Shown here: positions 29,629 to 39,127 of the stretch, one piece after another
How the letters are laid out: every line of letters starts with the position of its first letter
Position numbering within the stretch: position 1 is the first letter of the stretch
Origin: Vulcanimicrobiota bacterium
GTDB lineage: Bacteria > Vulcanimicrobiota > Vulcanimicrobiia > Eremiobacterales > Eremiobacteraceae
Assembly: GCA_963812135.1 (NCBI GenBank)
Contig: CAWETU010000001.1
Span: forward strand, 1,408,001 to 1,472,000
DNA: 64,000 nt
Direction: 5' to 3'
Notes under the pieces: model-generated
The model's database searches: none
Told to the model about the DNA's origin: nothing
What the model saw: only the letters and a program-made list of their open reading frames with translations
Translations under genes and position numbers: made by a program

Positions 29629-30709
29629 GTGGCGAAGACGTACAAGATCGCCGTCATCCCCGGAGACGGCGTCGGACCCGAAGTGACGGACGAGGGCCTC
29701 AAGGTCCTCGAACGCGCTTCGAAGCTTTTCGGTTTCACCTACACGACGAAAACGTATCCGTTCGGGGCCGATCATTACCTCGCGACCAAGGAGTTCATGC
29801 CGGCGGGCCAGCTGGACGAGTTCCGGACGATGGACGCGATTCTGCTCGGCGCGATCGGCGATCCGCGACTACCCCCTGGTCTTGTGGAGCGCGGCGTCAT
29901 CGCCGCGACGCGGTTCGGGTTGGACCTGTATATCAATCTGCGTCCCATCAAGCTGTACGCCGAACACCTGTGTCCGATCAAGGGCAAGAAACCAGAAGAC
30001 GTCGACATGGTCGTCGTGCGCGAGAACACCGAGGATCTCTACACCGGACTCGGCGGATACTTCAAAAAGGGTACGCCCGACGAAGTCGTCATCGCCAATC
30101 AGATCTTCACGCGCAAGGGCATCGAGCGAGCCGTGCGTTACGCCTTCGATCTTGCGGTCCGCCGCAACGGGAAGAAGAAGCTCACGCTCGTCGACAAAGC
30201 CAATGCGATCGAAGTGCAGCAGCTGTGGCGGCGCACGGTCGAAGAAGTGGCGCCGGACTACCCGGGGATCGAATACGATTTCGCCTACATCGATGCGGCG
30301 TGCATGTGGATGGTGAAGAACCCAGAGTCGTTCGACGTGATCGTGACGACCAAATCTGTTCGGCGACATCCTCACCGACCTTGGCGCGATGGTGCAAGGC
30401 GGCATGGGCGTGGCGGCGTCGGGCAACATCCATCCCGGCAAGGTCAGTCTCTTCGAGCCGATCCACGGCTCGGCGCCCAAGTATAAAGGTAAGAACGTCG
30501 TCAGTCCGATCGCGGCGATCGGCGCGGTCGGCATGATGCTCGACTATCTCGGCGAGCGCCGCGCCGCAGACGCGATCGACGCGACGATCGGGTCGTTGCT
30601 TTCGAGCAAGCGCATCCCGTCGCTCGACGCCTCGAGCGGACTGAAGACGTCGCAGATCGGCGACATGGTCGCTGACGAACTCGCGAAGACACTCGTCCAG
30701 AGCGCATAG
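29629..30709 (+). CDS. leuB: 3-isopropylmalate dehydrogenase, apparent frameshift at 30352-30354
   Basis: [23 protein letters not shown](N)LFGDILTD restored by deleting one [10 protein letters not shown]. Confidence 0.88.
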
Positions 30710-30720
30710 ATAGAGGAATC

Positions 30721-31911
30721 ATGAAAAACGGAAAGCCTGATGTCGTGCTGGTCAACGCCGCACGGACGCCGTTCGGCAATTTCGGCGGCGCGCTCCGAGA
30801 CGTGAGCGCCATCGATCTCGCCGTGGTGGCGAGCAAGGCAGCGCTGCAGCGCGCGAACGTCGCGCCGGAAAAGATCGATCAAGTCATCCTGGGCAACGTC
30901 ATCCAATCCAGCGCCGACGCCATCTACGCGGCGCGCCACGTCGGTCTCAAGACGGGCTGCCGCGAAGACGTGCCGGCGCTGACGCTCAACCGGCTGTGCG
31001 GCTCGGGACTGCAAGCGATCGTCAGCGGCGCGCAACAGCTGCTGCTCGGCGAGGCCAAGTACGTGCTTGCCGGCGGCACCGAGAACATGAGCCAATCGCC
31101 CCACGTGATCCGGGGCGCGCGCTGGGGTCTCGCGCTCGGTCAAGGCAAGCTCGAGGACTCGCTCTGGGAAGGCCTCACCGACAGCTACAACAACATGCCG
31201 ATGGCGATCACGGCGGAGAACCTCGCGGAGCGCTACGAGATATCGCGCCAAGAAGCCGACGAGTTCAGCCTGCGCTCGCAACGCGGCGCCGCAAAGGCGG
31301 TGGACGACGGCTATTTCGCTGAGGAGATCGCACCGGTTCAAGTCGCCGGCAAAAAAGGGCCGACCGTCGTCGACAAAGACGAAGGCCCGCGGCCCGGCGT
31401 GACCATGGAGCAGCTCGCCAAACTCCCCGCGCGCTTCAAGAAAGACGGCATCGTGACGCCGGGCAACGCGAGCGGCATCACGGACGGCGCCGCGATGGTC
31501 GTGCTGACCACGGCAGAGCAGGCGCGCAAGGACGGCCTCGAGCCGATCGGACGTCTTGTATCGTGGGGCGTCGTCGGAGTCGATCCGGACATCATGGGCA
31601 TCGGCCCTGCGTTTGCGATCCCGCAAGCAGCCGAACGCGCTGGGCTGTCGCTTGACGACTTCGATCTCGTCGAGATCAACGAAGCGTTCGCCCCGCAAGT
31701 GCTCGCGTGCGTCCATGCGCTCCACCTCGATGTCAACAAGCTCAATCCGAACGGCGGCGCCATCGCGCTCGGCCATCCGCTCGGCGCGAGCGGCGCGCGC
31801 ATCACGTACACGCTGCTGCACGAGCTGCGTCGTCGCAAGAAGAAGTACGGCGTCGCCAGCGCGTGCATCGGCGGCGGTCAGGGCATCGCCGGCGTCGTCG
31901 AAGCGCTGTGA
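30721..31911 (+). CDS. Acetyl-CoA acetyltransferase (thiolase)
   Basis: NRLCGSG, NEAF, GGAIALGHPLGASG, CIGGGQG. Confidence 0.95.
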   Translation: MKNGKPDVVLVNAARTPFGNFGGALRDVSAIDLAVVASKAALQRANVAPEKIDQVILGNVIQSSADAIYAARHVGLKTGCREDVPALTLNRLCGSGLQAIVSGAQQLLLGEAKYVLAGGTENMSQSPHVIRGARWGLALGQGKLEDSLWEGLTDSYNNMPMAITAENLAERYEISRQEADEFSLRSQRGAAKAVDDGYFAEEIAPVQVAGKKGPTVVDKDEGPRPGVTMEQLAKLPARFKKDGIVTPGNASGITDGAAMVVLTTAEQARKDGLEPIGRLVSWGVVGVDPDIMGIGPAFAIPQAAERAGLSLDDFDLVEINEAFAPQVLACVHALHLDVNKLNPNGGAIALGHPLGASGARITYTLLHELRRRKKKYGVASACIGGGQGIAGVVEAL

Positions 31912-31946
31912 TCCGGCGCCGCGCGCCGTCGTCCTGAGGGCTATCA

Positions 31947-32978
31947 GTGGCCAGCTGCCCCGCCTGCGGTAAAGAGAACAGCGGCACGTCGGCGTTTTGC
32001 CCGTCGTGCGGCGCATTGCTCGACCGCCCCGACACGAGCGCCCCGCCTGCGGGTCAAATAGATTCGACCGCGACGAATGCGCCGGAGGTCGGTCGAACAA
32101 GTTCGACCGCTACAACCGCGGCGAGCGCGGCGGTGCCGGCGGCGATCGACGACTTCGGCGACATCGGGCAATACATCGCGCGCCGTCTCTTCGCGCTCAT
32201 CGTCGACTTGATCGGCGTCACCATCCTGCTGGCGACCGGCATCGGCTATCTCGTCGCACGTCGCGGCGGCGACCCGCATTCCTACGGCGGCTTTTTCGAC
32301 ACCGCCGTCTACACGCTGTTCGCGCTCATCGTCTACAAAGTGCTCGCCGAGTCGTACCTTGGCACGACGCTGGGCAAAGCGCTCGTCGGCTTGCACGTGC
32401 ACCCGACGAACGCCCAGCGCGTCGGCATCGCTCGCGGACTGACGCGCAACATCTTCTTGCCGTTCGACCTCGCCGTGATCGGTTTCGTGCTCGCCGTGAT
32501 CACGCCGCGACGCAAGCGTATCGGCGATTTCGTGGCCGGCACCGAAGTCGTCAACGCGCCGCGTGCGGCGCTCGGCGCGGTCGCCGCGATCGCGATCCTG
32601 GGCGTGTGGGGTTACGCTGAGTACGCGTATGGCGATGGCCTGCGAACCGCGCAGACGCTTTCGAACACGGCCGCGACATACGGCCCAACGCTGCTCGGCT
32701 CGCAGGGAACGCCGCCGCCCGCGCCGGTTCCGCTGCCGGATCGCACGGCGGTGCCGACGGAGCAGCCGATCACCGTGCCGACGCTGGCACCGACATCGCA
32801 AGCATCTCCTGGGAGCGCTTCGCCATCGCCGATCGCGTCCGGCGTCAGCGGCACTCCGGCGGCGTCACCCGCGAGTTCACCGAGTTCGCCGAGCTCGCCG
32901 CAGGCGTCGCCGAGCGCGGTGCCGTCAGATCAAGCCTCGCCGGAGTCGTCGCCGCAGCCTTCTCCCAGCGCCCGTTGA
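31947..32978 (+). CDS. RDD family membrane protein with N-terminal zinc ribbon and Ser/Pro-rich tail
   Basis: CPACG..FCPSCG, ARRLFALIVD, TLGK, RIGDFVAGT. Confidence 0.85.
   Translation: MASCPACGKENSGTSAFCPSCGALLDRPDTSAPPAGQIDSTATNAPEVGRTSSTATTAASAAVPAAIDDFGDIGQYIARRLFALIVDLIGVTILLATGIGYLVARRGGDPHSYGGFFDTAVYTLFALIVYKVLAESYLGTTLGKALVGLHVHPTNAQRVGIARGLTRNIFLPFDLAVIGFVLAVITPRRKRIGDFVAGTEVVNAPRAALGAVAAIAILGVWGYAEYAYGDGLRTAQTLSNTAATYGPTLLGSQGTPPPAPVPLPDRTAVPTEQPITVPTLAPTSQASPGSASPSPIASGVSGTPAASPASSPSSPSSPQASPSAVPSDQASPESSPQPSPSAR
32051..32113 (-). repeat. REP-like palindrome tandem pair B1/B2 (inside the RDD gene linker)
   Basis: GGGTCAAATAGATTCGACCGCGAC (32051-32074) and CGGTCGAACAAGTTCGACCGCTAC (32090-32113); read as GQIDSTAT...GRTSSTAT. 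Confidence 0.8.
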
Positions 32979-34030
32979 ATCTGCGACGCATCGCCGAACG
33001 GCTGCGGCGCCGTTTCGCGCCGCCCGGCGTGCGACGCATGATCGAAATGGGCGACTTGCTCACCGGCTCGTGGATCGCCCAAGGGATCTACGCCGTCGCA
33101 GTGCTCGGCGTCGCCGATCATTTCGGAGCCGAGCCGGTATCGGCCGGCCAATTGGCTCGAGCAGTGGGTGCGGACGAGGACGCGCTCTATCGGGTGCTGC
33201 GCATGCTCGCAGCAGCCGGTCTTTTCCAAGAACTCTCCGGCAAGCGATTTGCGCTGACCGATCTTGGTGCGCTTCTGCGCAGCGATCATCCGAACTCGAT
33301 GCGACATTTCGCCATCTATAACGGCGTGCCGTGGCATTGGGGCATGTGGGGCGACATCGAACGCAGCGTCAAGACAGGTTCGCCGGCGACGCCCGACGGT
33401 TCGAAGTTGCCGCTGTTCGAATACCTCGCCCGCGACGAGGTCGCGGCCGGCGTGTTCGACGCCGCCATGGCCGACCTGTCCAACGCGCGCGACGTGTCGG
33501 CGATCTCGGGGTATGATTTTTCGCGCTTCGCGACGGTCGTGGACGTCGGCGGCGGCGAGGGCCGCCTGATCAGATCGGTGCTCGCGTCGTACCCAACCGT
33601 GTCCGGTATCATCTTCGACCTCGCCGAAGTGATCGAACGCGCGCGGCCGGTCGTCACGGCCGCTGGACTCGCCTCGCGTTGCTCGCTCGTCGCCGGCAGT
33701 TTTTTCGATACGGTGCCGCCGGGCGCCGATGCGTACCTTCTCAAGCAAGTGCTGCACGATTGGCAGGATGACAAAGCCGAAACGATCTTGGCGAATTGCC
33801 GGCGCGCGATGAGCGGGCAAAGCGTGCTGCTCGTGATCGAGATGATCGTGCCCGACGATGCCGGTCCGTCGATGGCCAAGCTTTCGGATATCGAGATGCT
33901 GGTAAGCGTGGGTGGACGAGAGCGGACCCTTGGCGAGTATCGCGGCCTACTGCGCGCGGCAAACTTACGCCTATGCGACGTGCATGACACGCGCTCGCCG
34001 TTTTCGATCATCGAAGCGCGTGCGACCTAG
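32975..34030 (+). CDS. SAM-dependent O-methyltransferase (dimerisation + Methyltransf_2 domains)
   Basis: VVDVGGGEG, GSFF, LKQVLHDW, GGRERT. Confidence 0.9.
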   Translation: MNLRRIAERLRRRFAPPGVRRMIEMGDLLTGSWIAQGIYAVAVLGVADHFGAEPVSAGQLARAVGADEDALYRVLRMLAAAGLFQELSGKRFALTDLGALLRSDHPNSMRHFAIYNGVPWHWGMWGDIERSVKTGSPATPDGSKLPLFEYLARDEVAAGVFDAAMADLSNARDVSAISGYDFSRFATVVDVGGGEGRLIRSVLASYPTVSGIIFDLAEVIERARPVVTAAGLASRCSLVAGSFFDTVPPGADAYLLKQVLHDWQDDKAETILANCRRAMSGQSVLLVIEMIVPDDAGPSMAKLSDIEMLVSVGGRERTLGEYRGLLRAANLRLCDVHDTRSPFSIIEARAT

Positions 34031-34076
34031 GAACGCATTCAGCCCGTATTCACGTTGACGGGGTATGAGTAGTGAC

Positions 34077-34646
34077 ATGAAACCTTGGTTCGTGCTGCTC
34101 GCTTGCACACTGCTGACGCTTGGACCGGCGATGGCTGCCGCGCAGATCCGGCACATCGACGTCGAGCACTCGCGCTTAACCATCCACGTGTTCAAGACGG
34201 GACTGTTCGCCTTCGCCGCCGACAACCACGAGATCAACGCGCCGATCGCGGCCGGTGAGCTCGACGATCCGCTCACCTCGGTGAGCTTCACGGTCCCGAC
34301 GGCGCGCATCACGGTGCTCGATCCGCAGATGGATCCGGGCAAGCGTGCCCAAGTGCAGGCGCGCATGGTCGGACCGGATGTGCTCGATACCGCGAAGTAT
34401 CCGGAGATCACGTTCAAGTCGACCAGCATCAACGCCGCGTCCGGCGGATTTGATGTCACAGGCGATTTGACGCTGCACGGCGTGACGCGTCCAATCCAGC
34501 TGCACGTCACGGAGGCGGGCGGCCGCTACCAAGGCTCGACCACGCTCAAACAGACCGATTTCGGGATTCGCCCGATCACGATCGTCGGCGGCACCGTCAA
34601 GGTCAAAGACGTCGTGCAGATCGATTTCGATATCGCGACGCTCTGA
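34077..34646 (+). CDS. YceI family protein, secreted
   Basis: Signal peptide, YPEITFKS, GDLTLHGVTRPI, TDFGI. Confidence 0.88.
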   Translation: MKPWFVLLACTLLTLGPAMAAAQIRHIDVEHSRLTIHVFKTGLFAFAADNHEINAPIAAGELDDPLTSVSFTVPTARITVLDPQMDPGKRAQVQARMVGPDVLDTAKYPEITFKSTSINAASGGFDVTGDLTLHGVTRPIQLHVTEAGGRYQGSTTLKQTDFGIRPITIVGGTVKVKDVVQIDFDIATL

Positions 34647-35990
34647 TCACACGCCGGTCGGAAACGTCTCGGGTACCTCACCGGCTTCCCACTCCTCCGT
34701 GCGTTCGAGCGGCTCGACCGCGCGCGTGCGATCGATGTGCACCACGCCGTCGAACTGCTTCGGCAGCTTCGCCTCGAAATAGTGGCTCGCAAGCTCAGTG
34801 TCCGGGCGGTAGATGACGCCGATGGCGCGTTCGAGGAACGGGCCTTCGAGCACGCTGATGCCCGGCGCTTCGGCCCGCAGGTCGACGAAGAAACGCTCGA
34901 CGCCGGTGCGATGGAAGATCGACTCGTAACTCCCTTCGCGGCCGGGTCGGATCCGTTTGCGCTCCACGGGCGCATGCCAGTCCGAGGCGGCGCTCACGGT
35001 GCCGTCGTACGTGGTGAACCCGAGTAGATACGCCGACCCCTCGTGGCGGCGGCGCATGAGCTGGCCGATGTTGAACTCGCCACGGGAGCCCATTCCCGTC
35101 ACGCTCGCGTCGCCCACGTGCGAGTTGTGGGCCCACACGACGACCTTCGCGTTCCCCGTGCGGCGCGCGAGATGGGCGGTGAGCCGTTCGAGGGTCTCAA
35201 CCATGTGCGCGTCGCGGAAGTTCCACGAAGACACGCGCGGATCGAGCATCGTGCGATAGTAGCGCTCCGCGTTCTTGGCGACGCGCGCGTTCTCTTCGGC
35301 GAAGAAGAAGTCGTCCTCGTCGGATCGGCCGTCGCGTTTCGCCAGCTCGGCGGCGCGACGCTGCATCTCGGTGAGCTGCTCAACCACAGCGGTTTCGCAC
35401 GAGGCGAACAAGCCCTGTGAGACGGCGTACGCGTATGACTCGACATCGGGTCCGAAGAACTCGAAGCACGCATAGCGCTCGCGGGCGCGCTGCGCCGCCT
35501 GCGGATCGACCTTCTCGAGATAGTCGATCACCGCGTCGATCGATGCGTGCAGGCTGTAGAGGTCGAGGCCATAGAAACCGGCTTTCTCGTCCTTGGACAC
35601 GGAATCGTTGCGCTCGCGGAGCCAGCCGACGAAGTCCAGAACCTCGGCGTTGCGCCACATCCAAGTGGGAAAGCGCCTGAAATCGGCCAGCGCCTCGACC
35701 GCTTCGACATCGTCGCTGCGTCCTCGCACGTAGCGGTTCACGCGATAAGAGTCGGGCCAATCCGCCTCGACCGCGACGGCATTGAAACCCCGTTCGGTGA
35801 TGAGCCGTTGCGTGATGGTGGCGCGCGCGCGATAGAACTCGTGCGTGCCGTGCGTGGCCTCACCGAGCAGGACGAAGCGCGCGCCGCCAATGGCCTCGAG
35901 CATGCGGTCGTAGTCGGCGGGCATACCTTGCAACGGATAGCTGAAATTCCAGATTTGGGCGGCGATCTCCGATTCTCTCATGGGTTTCAC
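34647..35990 (-). CDS. Erythromycin esterase family protein
   Basis: LGEATHGTHEFY, VEADWPD, FPTWMWRN, WAHNSHVGDA, ERAIGVIY. Confidence 0.92.
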   Translation of the reverse strand: MKPMRESEIAAQIWNFSYPLQGMPADYDRMLEAIGGARFVLLGEATHGTHEFYRARATITQRLITERGFNAVAVEADWPDSYRVNRYVRGRSDDVEAVEALADFRRFPTWMWRNAEVLDFVGWLRERNDSVSKDEKAGFYGLDLYSLHASIDAVIDYLEKVDPQAAQRARERYACFEFFGPDVESYAYAVSQGLFASCETAVVEQLTEMQRRAAELAKRDGRSDEDDFFFAEENARVAKNAERYYRTMLDPRVSSWNFRDAHMVETLERLTAHLARRTGNAKVVVWAHNSHVGDASVTGMGSRGEFNIGQLMRRRHEGSAYLLGFTTYDGTVSAASDWHAPVERKRIRPGREGSYESIFHRTGVERFFVDLRAEAPGISVLEGPFLERAIGVIYRPDTELASHYFEAKLPKQFDGVVHIDRTRAVEPLERTEEWEAGEVPETFPTGV

Positions 35991-36649
35991 GCTCTTGGGT
36001 CGCGCGCCGCCGCTCGTGCGAGCAGCTCGCGCACCTCATCATCGCTGACTTGGGCGAAATTCTTGTACCACGCACCGACCGCGTAGAATGGATCGGGCGT
36101 CAACGCGCAGATCACGTCGGCATCCACGCTCAGTTCTGCCTGCGCCTCGTGCGTGCAGACGGGCACGGCGACGATGATCTGCTTGGGATTCATCTTGCGG
36201 ACGGCTTCGACGGCGACGGCCATGCTCTGCCCGGTTGCGAGGCCGTCATCGACGATGATCACGGTGCGGCCTTCGATGCGGGGGAAGTGGCGATGGTCGC
36301 GATAGACGGCTTCGCGGCGTTCGAGCTCTTGCTGCGCCTCGCGGACCACCTCAAGTATCTCGTCGGCGGTGAGCCCGAGGTAGCGTATGAGCTTGGTATC
36401 GAGCGAATATGCCCCGCCGCTCGCGATGGCGCCCATCGCGAGCTCTTCGTGTCCGGGAACGCCGAGCTTGCGAACCGCCAAAACGTCGAGCGGTGCGTGC
36501 AGCGCGGTCGCGATCTCATAGGCGACCGGTACGCCGCCGCGCGGCAGGGCGAGCACGACGACGTCATTGCGTTTCGCATACGGCTCGAGCTCGGCGGCCA
36601 GGACACGACCGGCTTCGCGCCGATCCGCAAACGCCTGAAGGTCTACCAT
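35987..36649 (-). CDS. Type I phosphoribosyltransferase-like protein
   Basis: FADRREAG, LALPRGGVPVA, IVDDGLATG PRPP loop, AVGAWY. Confidence 0.9.
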   Translation of the reverse strand: MVDLQAFADRREAGRVLAAELEPYAKRNDVVVLALPRGGVPVAYEIATALHAPLDVLAVRKLGVPGHEELAMGAIASGGAYSLDTKLIRYLGLTADEILEVVREAQQELERREAVYRDHRHFPRIEGRTVIIVDDGLATGQSMAVAVEAVRKMNPKQIIVAVPVCTHEAQAELSVDADVICALTPDPFYAVGAWYKNFAQVSDDEVRELLARAAARDPRA

Positions 36650-36677
36650 TGCGGTAGTGTCCCCTTTCGAGCGCGCC

Positions 36678-37082
36678 TTATGCGGCGGCGATGCGTTCGA
36701 GCACGCGGCCGAGGCGTGCGTTGACGTCCTCGGCGACAGCGGAAAGCTCGGGACGGCCGACGACGCCGAGCAATGCGCGAGCGTCAATGGCCGAGACCGT
36801 CACGCCGGATGCCTCGCGTTGCACGACAACGTTGCACGGCAGCAGGAGGCCGAGTTGGCTTTCGACGCTCAGCGCCTGGTGGGCGAGTTTGGGATTGCAC
36901 ACCCCGAGAATAGTGTACGGGCGGAAATCGGCTCCGATCTTGTCTTTGAACGTCTTCGCGACGTCGATTTCGCAGAGCACCCCGAAGCCCTCGTCCTTGA
37001 GCAGTTCCTTGGCGCGAGTGACGGCGCCGGCGAACGTCAACCCAGTGGCGACGACGTTGCCGTACAGCGGTTCAGCGATCAT
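36678..37082 (-). CDS. DUF302 family protein
   Basis: GFGVLCEID, YTILGVCNP, GLLLPCNVVV. Confidence 0.88.
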   Translation of the reverse strand: MIAEPLYGNVVATGLTFAGAVTRAKELLKDEGFGVLCEIDVAKTFKDKIGADFRPYTILGVCNPKLAHQALSVESQLGLLLPCNVVVQREASGVTVSAIDARALLGVVGRPELSAVAEDVNARLGRVLERIAAA

Positions 37083-37776
37083 CAAAGTCTCCTTTGGGAG
37101 AGATATGAGATTTGGTCAGGTGTTCCACGAACCACTCACGTGCCAGTGCCGCGACCTGCTCCAATGCTCCCGGCTCTTCAAACAGGTGTGTCGCGCGTGG
37201 GATGACCGCCAGTTTGACGGGCGCAGCGATGACGCGCGCGGCCTGTGCATTGAGCGCGAGCACGGTGGGATCGGCGCCGCCCACGACGAGCAGCGTCGGC
37301 GCGCGCACATCACGCAACGCAGGCCCGGCGAGATCCGGCCGTCCACCGCGCGACACGACGGCGTGCACAAGGTCGGGATGTCGTGCCGCGACGACGAGCG
37401 CCGCCGCCGCACCGGTGCTCGCGCCGAAGAGGCCGACCGGGAATCTGCGAGCATCAGCGTCGAGGCGGCTCCACTCGAGAGCGGCGGCCAGGCGCTCCGC
37501 GAGCAGCCCGATGTCGAAACGCAACGCAGCCGTGGGGCGATCGTACTCTTCCTCGGCGGATGTGAGCAGATCGAATAGAAGCGTGGCCAAGCCACCGGAC
37601 CGCAGGGCCCGCGCGACTTGTCGATTGCGTGGGCTATGCCGGCTGCTGCCGCTACCATGTGCGAATATGACGAGGCCGAGCGCATCGCGAGGGGCATCAA
37701 ACTCGCCTTCGAGCAGATGATGCCCGGCTGCGATGCTGACGCTGCGGGAAGCGGCGGAAAGCGCGCTCTTGGTCAT
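37072..37776 (-). CDS. Dienelactone hydrolase-like alpha/beta hydrolase
   Basis: FAHGSGSSRHSPRN, GASTG, SRGGRPDL, ATHLFEE. Confidence 0.88.
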   Translation of the reverse strand: MTKSALSAASRSVSIAAGHHLLEGEFDAPRDALGLVIFAHGSGSSRHSPRNRQVARALRSGGLATLLFDLLTSAEEEYDRPTAALRFDIGLLAERLAAALEWSRLDADARRFPVGLFGASTGAAAALVVAARHPDLVHAVVSRGGRPDLAGPALRDVRAPTLLVVGGADPTVLALNAQAARVIAAPVKLAVIPRATHLFEEPGALEQVAALAREWFVEHLTKSHISPKGDFDDR

Positions 37777-37873
37777 CAGAGATAGTGTGCCCCTTTCCTG
37801 CTGCTGCTTGTATGAACGTTTGGTGAAGCGCCTTCACACGGATGGCAAACGGCCGCTGCTATCATATCTGACA

Positions 37874-38326
37874 ATGCTGGGACAACTGAGCGAAACCGAG
37901 ATCGAAGACGTGCTCGGGCACGAATACCTCGGGCGGATCGGGTGTCATGCCGAGGGTCGAACGTATGTCGTTCCGGTCTCATACGCGTACGAAAACGGCG
38001 CAGTCTACGGCCACGCCGCGGAAGGTCTAAAGCTGCGCATGATGCGAGCCAATCCGAACGTCTGCTTTGAAGTGGATCGCATGGACGATTTGACGACGTG
38101 GCGCAGCGTGATCGCCTGGGGGCGTTTCGAGGAGCTGCGTGGCGCCGAGGCGGATCATGGGCTCGCGCTGCTGGTGGCGCGTTTGCTACCCATCGCTGCG
38201 ACGAGCGAGATGCGCCATACGGTCAAGAGCCTCACGCGACAGAACCGCGCGCAAGAAGAAGGACTCCAGGCGGTCGTCTACCGCATCGTGCTGGCAGAGA
38301 AAACCGGGCGCTTCGAGCGTCCTTGA
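37874..38326 (+). CDS. Pyridoxamine 5'-phosphate oxidase-like flavin-binding protein
   Basis: GRIGC, YVVPVSY, NPNVCFEVD, WRSVIAWG, KTGRFE. Confidence 0.85.
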   Translation: MLGQLSETEIEDVLGHEYLGRIGCHAEGRTYVVPVSYAYENGAVYGHAAEGLKLRMMRANPNVCFEVDRMDDLTTWRSVIAWGRFEELRGAEADHGLALLVARLLPIAATSEMRHTVKSLTRQNRAQEEGLQAVVYRIVLAEKTGRFERP

Positions 38327-38332
38327 AGCGCG

Positions 38333-39118
38333 CTACTGGCCCTTGAAGTCCGCCGAGCGCTTTTCGAGGAACGCTTTCGTGCCTTCTTTGGCGTCTGAGC
38401 TGGCCGAGATCTTGCCGAACTCCGAAGCTTCAAGATCCAGCGCGGAATGCAGGTCGGTCTGCATGCCTTTGTGGATCAGGCGTTTGGTCGCGGCGATGGC
38501 GAGCGGGCCTTTCGAAGCGATGACATTCGCCAACCGTTTGGCTTCGGCCATCAGCTGATCGGGCGCCACGACCTTCTCGACCAGGCCGGCCTGCTTGGCT
38601 TCTTCGGCGCCGATCGGCTCGCCTGATAAGAGCAAATACGACGCCATGCCTTGACCGACGAGGCGCGGCAACCGCTGCGAGCCGCCGAAGCCGGCGACGA
38701 TGCCAAGGTTGACTTCGGGCTGGCCGACTTTCGCGTTGCTCGAGGCGAGGCGGATGTCGCCGGCCATGGCCAGCTCGAGACCGCCGCCAAGCGCGTAGCC
38801 GTTGATCGCGATGATCACCGGAAGACGCGAATGCTCCATCTTGTGGCCGACAGTATGGCCGGCGCGCGCTTTCTCCTCACCCGCGTTCGCGTTCGCCAGC
38901 GCCGCGAGCTCGCCAATGTCGGCGCCGGCGACGAATGCGCGGTCACCCGCGCCGGTGATGACCACCGCGCGCACCGATCGATCGGCTTCGAGCTCGTCGA
39001 ACACACTGGCCAGCTCGCGCAGGACGGTCTCATTCAGCGCGTTGAGCACCTTAGGGCGGTTGATGGTGACGATCGCGACGGGTCCGTCGCGTTCGACGAG
39101 CAGCGTTTCGTAGGCCAT
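38333..39118 (-). CDS. crt: Enoyl-CoA hydratase (crotonase)
   Basis: NRPKVLNAL, AFVAGADI, GYALGGGLEL, GQPEVNLG. Confidence 0.9.
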   Translation of the reverse strand: MAYETLLVERDGPVAIVTINRPKVLNALNETVLRELASVFDELEADRSVRAVVITGAGDRAFVAGADIGELAALANANAGEEKARAGHTVGHKMEHSRLPVIIAINGYALGGGLELAMAGDIRLASSNAKVGQPEVNLGIVAGFGGSQRLPRLVGQGMASYLLLSGEPIGAEEAKQAGLVEKVVAPDQLMAEAKRLANVIASKGPLAIAATKRLIHKGMQTDLHSALDLEASEFGKISASSDAKEGTKAFLEKRSADFKGQ

Positions 39119-39127
39119 GGGATCTCC

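Noticed and set aside
29629..30709. leuB as a pseudogene or programmed frameshift
   Set aside because: One extra A in a short run, both halves intact, same pattern as the other insertions
32051..32113. Mini CRISPR array
   Set aside because: Only two divergent units with a 15-nt spacer, inside a CDS, and no cas genes in the window
34647..35990. Macrolide resistance gene
   Set aside because: The family is broad, and the operon context points to the uncharacterised PRTase-associated subgroup; no mobile element nearby
36654..37797. Similar TAGTGT(G)CCCCTTTC motifs before two minus-strand genes
   Set aside because: They correspond to Shine-Dalgarno plus spacer (GAAAGGGG..CACTA); too short to call a separate element
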